From: Eukaryota sp. TZLM1-RC | Lineage: Eukaryota; Protista; Metamonada: BaSk clade | NCBI GenBank assembly: GCA_040285825.1 | Contig: JAUPSS010000013.1 | Span: forward strand, 62,001 to 126,000 | Direction: 5' to 3' | DNA: 64,000 bases | In this document: one piece after another, positions 57,596 through 64,000 of the stretch | Position numbering within the stretch: the stretch's first letter is position 1 | How the letters are laid out: each line of letters starts with the position of its first letter | Made by a program: the position numbers and the translations under genes | Notes under the pieces: generated by a model | The model's database searches: none | What the model saw: the letters and a program-made list of their open reading frames with translations, nothing else | What the model was told of the DNA's origin: nothing

Positions 57596-58270
57596 CTAAT
57601 TATCAATCGGGCTCTCTAATGGGGCTTCCTCCACCTTATTCTTACTAGCTGCCTTTGGTGTTGTAGATCTTGGTGTATGTGGTCGACTCTTGTTACTGCG
57701 GGGAGAACTCTTTGGAGAGACACCAACAGGACTGACGCTACCACTACTACGGACACGGGGATATGAACTGAAGAACCTCTCTGCACTGCCACCGAGACCG
57801 AGTGGTTTAGCTTTTGGAGAGCGCCGGGAGCCAGACTTTGGAGTTTTTGCTGTGCTAAAGTTAGATGGGATTGTTAAAACATACTCATATTGGCCCACAC
57901 CAGGGCCAGCAACCTTGGGCTCCATAAACCTTGGAGAATAACCCAAGCCACCACGTTGCTTCCGTCGAGGGGAGTTGACAGTAGAAGGAGAGTAGTACTT
58001 GGCCGGAGAGTGAGATTTGACGGGTTCAAATCGTGGAGATGTTCCCATGCCGCGATTTAATGGTCGTTTTTTAGGACTGGCGGAAATTGGCTGATAAAAC
58101 TTACCGGGTGATGCAGTAGCTGGGATATAAGAGAGACTGTCGCGAGGAGCTGATCCCCCAAGACGGAATTTGTTAGAGGAGTGCTTCCTAGGGCTAAATG
58201 TAGATTGCGGATCACCCATTGGGATGTCATAAACCTCCCGTGGGCATGCAGGAAGAATAGGATCTGACAT
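57596..58270 (-). CDS. Sperm-tail PG-rich (STPG/SHIPPO/ODF3-like) repeat protein
   Basis: Repeated G..G.SPRF...SPGxxY units including GPGVGQYEY. Confidence 0.7.
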   Translation of the reverse strand: MSDPILPACPREVYDIPMGDPQSTFSPRKHSSNKFRLGGSAPRDSLSYIPATASPGKFYQPISASPKKRPLNRGMGTSPRFEPVKSHSPAKYYSPSTVNSPRRKQRGGLGYSPRFMEPKVAGPGVGQYEYVLTIPSNFSTAKTPKSGSRRSPKAKPLGLGGSAERFFSSYPRVRSSGSVSPVGVSPKSSPRSNKSRPHTPRSTTPKAASKNKVEEAPLESPIDN

Positions 58271-60774
58271 TCTTACAGATATAGTCTATAACAATGAAAT
58301 AGGTGTCCTTTTTACACCAATGAAGAGGGACTGAGTTTTTGAGAGGTGGACGATTTTCTCCTTAACATCCATTATATATAAAGATATGTATATATATTCC
58401 ATCTCTTTAACACCTTCATCAACCTTAACTCAGTGCAGAAATACAGTTCTATCTAAATCATATTACACTTTTGAGCTGTTGATCAATGGGATAAAGAATT
58501 AAAAATACGACTTCATTCTGTAATACATCTGCGAATTGGTCCCAGTATTGCATCAAATTTTCTCATGCTTCTATTGGAAACAGTGTCTCAATTCAGATTC
58601 ACTTAGATTTCAAATTTCCTTTCATTCAAGAAAGATTCACACAATTTCTTGAAATTGGAAGACAGTTTGCATTTGTCGGGATACAAGATTTTTGCTGATG
58701 GAATTTCACTTTTTTAAAAAAAATTCACTCTAATTGATGCCAACTTTCAAATTGAATTAAATCAGTAAATTCAATACTTTATAGTTACCTCTTAGTTTTT
58801 TTAGTCAAAATTGATGGTATTGGGTACTCTAAAGCTTAATAAAAGCTTATTTCAGTAATGGAGCCCTCATGGGGTTGCAGGAAAATTGTTCTATTTGAAT
58901 TTCAAACAGATTCCAATTTTATGGTATGAACAACTATGTGTGTGATGGTCGTTATCAAAGGTATTTGTTGCTGAAATAGACACAACCATGTTGTCTCAAT
59001 TGTCTTTTTCCTTGGTGCGCAACAGTACTCAACGATACATCAAATTCACTTCTTTGTGTATCAAAAAATTGAACAAAAAACAAAGATTCACAAAGCTTGT
59101 ACTTCAAAAACAGATTAGTTTAACTAAAGGGCATTTTTCCTCCTGTATCATTACGTTATTTGTGTTGAGACACTGTCTTCCTTTAATATGCAACTTACTC
59201 AGAAATATGGCTTTAACTTCGGAGATTGTGAATGGGTTATCAATAATGGGGTTTAGTTTAGGTTTGTCAACTTTTGTGCTTCTTCATGATACTGAACGTA
59301 ACTGTGAATTTTCTACAAGTGCTCATTATCACCATTGAATTACATTTTGAGAGTACGTTTTGATAACAATTTCGGTCATGATTCTATCAAAATTGATCAA
59401 GGAAGTAATCAACACATAAACACTTTTTTTGTTTAATAATGATGTTTTAATATGTGGTTTTTTGTTTAATTTGTTTTTTGCAGTCTTTACATCTTGTTAA
59501 TGAAGTAATGTGATGAATTAATCTTGTAAGTAACGTGGTTATCCCCTTTTTATCATAAATGCAAATGAACAAATACCATAGGTAAAACTGTTCTTATGTA
59601 GCTTCACATTTATGAATATCCTTGTTGCTGCAATCAAATTTACAGTATCGATTAATTTTTGCCATTTTTGGTGTTCCAAAATATTGAAATAGATGGGATT
59701 AGTTCTTAATTCTATATTGCCAGACCTAAATTTTTAAAAATTTTTAATTTTTAATTTTTATAGAAAAAAATAGCAAATAATTTTCTGCTTTAAGGGTAAT
59801 GTAGGGTGAAATCGCCTCAAATCACTTTTTCAGGAAGTCTTCCAATTTCCATCCAAAAGTCTGATTCTTTGTTCAAATATCCATTTCTTTAGTTGAAATC
59901 AGAAAAAGACAAAAATCATATTTCAAATTCAATTGATAATTGTTAAATTTGCCCAATTATTGGAGACAGGATGGTATACCTGAACCTATTCAAAGTCATG
60001 GAGATAAGTATCCTCTGAATGCTTTCTACAGACTGTTCCTGACAGAAATCGGCTCCAAGGATTACACTTTGAACTTGATGAGTATTAAAATTTTCTAATA
60101 AAATGAGGAAAAACAGATTAACAAGCTGACAAGGGCGCAAAAATTTGGTCACCTTGGAAGTAGCAGCCTATTAACAGAATGAACAGCATGTACCATGAAC
60201 ACAAACGTAGTATTAGAAGAGTTTTTGTCTCGATACATAAAACCATAAAGCAATCGTTTGGTTCAGAAAGTTGGAAAGGTAATGTAAATGATGAATGAAA
60301 ACCTCCCAGAACCAACATGAGGATAAAAAGCTTGCAAACATAGCCAAAGTAAAATTATTTAATGATTATATTTTCTTAATGATAATTTTGATGGAGTTAA
60401 GTGAGTTGATATGGTGTTGTTTAACTTTTTTGAAATTCATTATTAATTTAATTTTATTTGACATAACATGATAATTGAACAGAAACACTAGTGAAGATTT
60501 GAATTAAACCAGTGGTTTTGAGAATGTTTTTGAAGTGAGATTTGTGTTCCTGGATATAGTAACGAAAAGTTTGCTTGAGTTGATTCAACTTGAATTAAAA
60601 TCAAAGGCTAGACGAAATCTTGGTTCAATGATATTTGTCCCATTAGTTATGAATTAATTTAATTAAGTGTGCATGTTCAATAGATGATAATCAAAGGCTT
60701 CGAAAAATTTATAAACCAACAATTCTCAACAAATTACTACATTGTACTATTTGACATTTTTGTGCTTTTAGCCG

Positions 60775-61284
60775 ATGTCCATATCCGTTTGCACTATAGT
60801 CGAGGGAGACTTGACACGTTTCAAATGTGATGTAATTATACATCAGAGCAATACTGTCCTGCGACGGTCTCATAAGTCTGCAGGTCTTGCCAAGGCGCTG
60901 TTCAAAAGATATCCTTACTGTAACATTTATAAACAACCATCAACACAGGCCAGTGCCATACCTGGAGAAATTGTGATCAGAAGACCCTTTAGGGGCTCCA
61001 CTGGCCCTACCATTATTGCTATAAATGGGCAAGACTCTCTGGGAAGATCTAAAACAGAAGCTGAACGAAACAAAAGATTTGGTTGGTTCAAAGAAGGTCT
61101 GGAGAAGGTGACGCGGTACCTCTCTTCTTCTGAAATTCAACGTAAATCTCTTATCACTATAGCCATCCCATATAACATCGGATGTGGGCTAGCTGGAGGT
61201 CACTGGCCGGTTTATTTTGAGCACATACAGAGGTGGAGTCAATCGCTTCCATCAAACTGTTTAGTTAAAATAGTTCGATTGTAG
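60775..61284 (+). CDS. Stand-alone Macro domain protein (Poa1p/TARG1/DarG-like ADP-ribose-processing family)
   Basis: IVEGDL, IIHQSN, SAGLAKALFKRYP and IAIPYNIGCGLAGGHW. Confidence 0.9.
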   Translation: MSISVCTIVEGDLTRFKCDVIIHQSNTVLRRSHKSAGLAKALFKRYPYCNIYKQPSTQASAIPGEIVIRRPFRGSTGPTIIAINGQDSLGRSKTEAERNKRFGWFKEGLEKVTRYLSSSEIQRKSLITIAIPYNIGCGLAGGHWPVYFEHIQRWSQSLPSNCLVKIVRL

Positions 61285-61981
61285 TTTGAAAAAGTAACCT
61301 TTACAAGAGTTTGAGGTCTCTCTGTTATCTACCAGAGAGACATTGGGTAGCAAATGTTATATACAGAGCTGTTTAATTTTTCATAAACTCAACAAAGTCA
61401 ATATATTTTTTATCAATGCTGTTTGTTTACAATATTTACTTTGTGAACCCGGGATCGTTGATTTTGCCCTTCTGAACAGAAATTCTCACTATAAACATAT
61501 TGTCATTTAGACCGATTAGAGAGTTGTAATAACCCACCACAATGAACACAATTTGAGTGATTATTTCATGTTAGAAATAACTTTGATTGGACGCGGATTG
61601 GTGGACAACAAGGAAGAACTGTAAGGTGACTGCAATCTGATTCAATTATGGAAACTTTTAATTAAGCAGAAAAGCCAAGAGTTTGGCGAAGAAACAAGAC
61701 CTCTACATTGACCCTACATGAGCCACCGAGAAGCAGTTCTGATGAATGTATAGTTTTCAGTTTGAGAAATTTGTTGTAATCGCAACAAATTGGTCTTGAT
61801 TAAATTCAAGGCAACTGTAAAAAATTTCCCGGCTGGGACAGGAAGACCAGAATAGTTTGAAGAGGTAATAATTAGTAGTTTTAACTACAGTGAATCAATT
61901 CATAGACCTATGAACGTCGCATCTTTACACACCAGTGTTTTGGAGGATAAGTTCGTGACCAAAGTTCCATTGGCCAATATC

Positions 61982-63272
61982 ATGTCCTTCCAAGTACCAA
62001 TTAATCCTCTAAATGTAGATCATACTTTTGTTGCATTCGAGTCTTCTGGTAAGCAATGGTTTGCCTCACCTCTTGCTTAACTTCAGGATAGTCAATGTTA
62101 CTGTGTCTGAGTCTGTTTCGGTTTTTGTTGCGTCCACACCATATGACTCCTGCTCTTTCAGTGTAACTATAAAGCTTGTCAATAACACCACTGCCTCGAG
62201 ATCAATTCAACATTCTTTTGACTCCAGTATGGCTACCCCAAAGGGTTACAATTGTTTCACCACCATCTCAAAACTCAAATCTGGTTCTGGCTTTATCAAG
62301 AATAATCAACTCCTCTTTTGTGTAACAATACACAGGTTACACGACGAGAATGTTCCACAAGCAACCAGAATTCCAGAAAGTGATCGAATCAAGAAACTTG
62401 AAGCTGACAATCAAAAACTAACAGAAGACTTATCCAATAAAAACACTCAAATCAAGCAGATGGTTGCTGGCAATTGTAGAATTAGTCATTCTTTACCAAA
62501 ACTATTATCAACTGGTAAAATGAGCGATCAACGTTTAATTTTCAAAGGAAAGAGTTATCATTCTCATAGAGCTATTTTATCGCTTTTTTCTGGTTATTTT
62601 GAATTGTGTTTTTCGCACAATTTTGTTGATTCAAAAGAGCATGAATACGATCTCAGTGAAGATTTGCCAGTTTCTAATGAAATTTTCGAGATTGTTTTAA
62701 AATATTTGTATGGGGAAGAGGTGCTTTTGGATGTGGAAAATTGTTATGAAGTGATGTACTGTGCGAGGTTTCTCAAAATTTCATGCCTTTTACGAAAATG
62801 TGTACAAAAATTTGAACAAAATTTACATTTTTCAGAATGGTTGATCTCTACTCTTCTCAAGGCACAAGAACATGGGGATCACCAAATTTTTAGGGAACTT
62901 ACATCTCAAGTTGACGGCGATATGGAAAATTATTTGGAAAAATTACTACCAAAAGTTCATGATTTTCAGTCTTTATCTCCTCTTGTTTTAAACAAGAAAA
63001 TTTTGCAGTTGTTGGTCAAAATTGAATGTAGCAATCCAATGTTTACTGAATGGTTGGTAAGGTCACTAGTGAAGTCTTACTTAGAAACAAAGAGTGACTG
63101 GACCGTTGATGATTTTGACCATATACTGAACTCTATCAGCGAATCAGCACTGACCCCTTTTAAGTGGAAGTCTTTAATTGTTGATCAATTGGCTCAGGAT
63201 CCAGAATTAAAGAACACCATTTCAGTCTTTTTTGTGCACAAAATTGTTCCTCTTCTATCATGGGATTCATAG
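61982..63272 (+). CDS. MATH - coiled coil - BTB/POZ protein (420 aa), intron 62059-62086 (28 nt)
   Basis: Splicing joins FESSGKQW-IVNV...SVSVFV; KGYNCF...GFIKNNQL (MATH); SDQRL...HRAILSLFSGYF...LKYLYG (BTB). Confidence 0.88.
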
Positions 63273-64000
63273 ATTATTTTGTCTACTTAGTAATGTTAAT
63301 TATATCAATTATTATCTTTTAATGATGTGCCTTTAAAAAGGTGATCCCAAATTGGATTTCTTGTGTTTTATCTAAAATAAACTGAAAATGCGGAGATTTA
63401 TCAATACTTCTGTTATAATGCTGAAAATTAATTTTAATTAATTTTGATTAATTTTTCTAAAAGACAATGAGTTCGAGATGATATTTGTAGAAATGTTTGG
63501 CCGAAACACTGTGGGCGAAGTTTTTTTCCCAAAGTCTTCTTTTCTTTATCACTTTGGTTTCAGTTTGATTTGCAAAACTGAATTGAAAACCATTTCACAT
63601 GCATTTTGACAAATCGTTGTTACCATGAGACGTTTTGTTTTACCTGTATTCACAAGCCTCAATTAAGAAAACAAATTGTCCATGTAGAAGACTTCAACAT
63701 GAGACTGCTCTTGTAATGGTTGAGTCACAAAAAGACTCAAACTTCAAGTACCTCTTTTACAAATACATCTACTTTCCTGTAATGGCCTTGATCATTTTCA
63801 GATCAAGTCCTCGAAACACCATATGGCCAATGTTGAATTTTCTAAAACAGCTCAATGGCTCAAGAAAACTGCAACTTCTTTAACTGTCAACATTTTGGTA
63901 TTTAGAATAAAGTAGTCTTCACTTAAAGATCCGTTTTTTGCAGAGGACTTTAAGTTTAAAATAAACAACAGGTTTGCGCAAATGGCCAACCGCTTGGGCC

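Noticed and set aside
58300-60600. Short ORFs in the AT-rich interval (58988..59338, 59943..60318)
   Set aside because: No motifs and non-coding-like composition; probably intergenic or highly decayed TE DNA.
1-64000. tRNA, rRNA, snRNA genes and CRISPR arrays
   Set aside because: None recognised by eye; tRNAscan-SE and Infernal would be needed to exclude them.

Overview
AT-rich, gene-dense nuclear DNA of a microbial eukaryote, not a prokaryote. It uses the standard code (TAA, TAG and TGA all end genes), and a STPG/SHIPPO-repeat gene suggests a flagellate. Bacterial-type cysE and nucleoside kinase genes suggest an anaerobic protist, possibly a free-living metamonad (inference only). Many ORF-track breaks are tiny 26-34 nt GT..AG spliceosomal introns, mostly with GTTTG donors. 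Host genes: a large multi-pass GT2 synthase with extracellular H-type-lectin-like repeats, a stand-alone eEF1B-gamma C-terminal domain, a RING-pseudokinase, three cysE copies with added N-terminal hydrophobic anchors, two ThrRS-N/uridine-kinase copies, MAEA/Fyv10, Ste24, Prp8, a TMEM229-like protein, a triple-PH CARMIL-like LRR protein, an STPG-repeat protein, a Macro domain and a MATH-BTB protein. One cysE-udk pair is duplicated as an ~8.8 kb imperfect palindrome. A decayed Hsp70-NBD / MLKL-like four-helix bundle / kinase locus is also present. Mobile DNA: at least seven fragments of a CRE/SLACS-like RLE non-LTR family, a 1.6 kb mini LTR element with 96 bp LTRs, a chromovirus-like integrase remnant, a MULE-like remnant, a candidate MITE and two relics of Fanzor/TnpB nuclease genes. 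All family assignments come from motif recognition by eye, not database searches.
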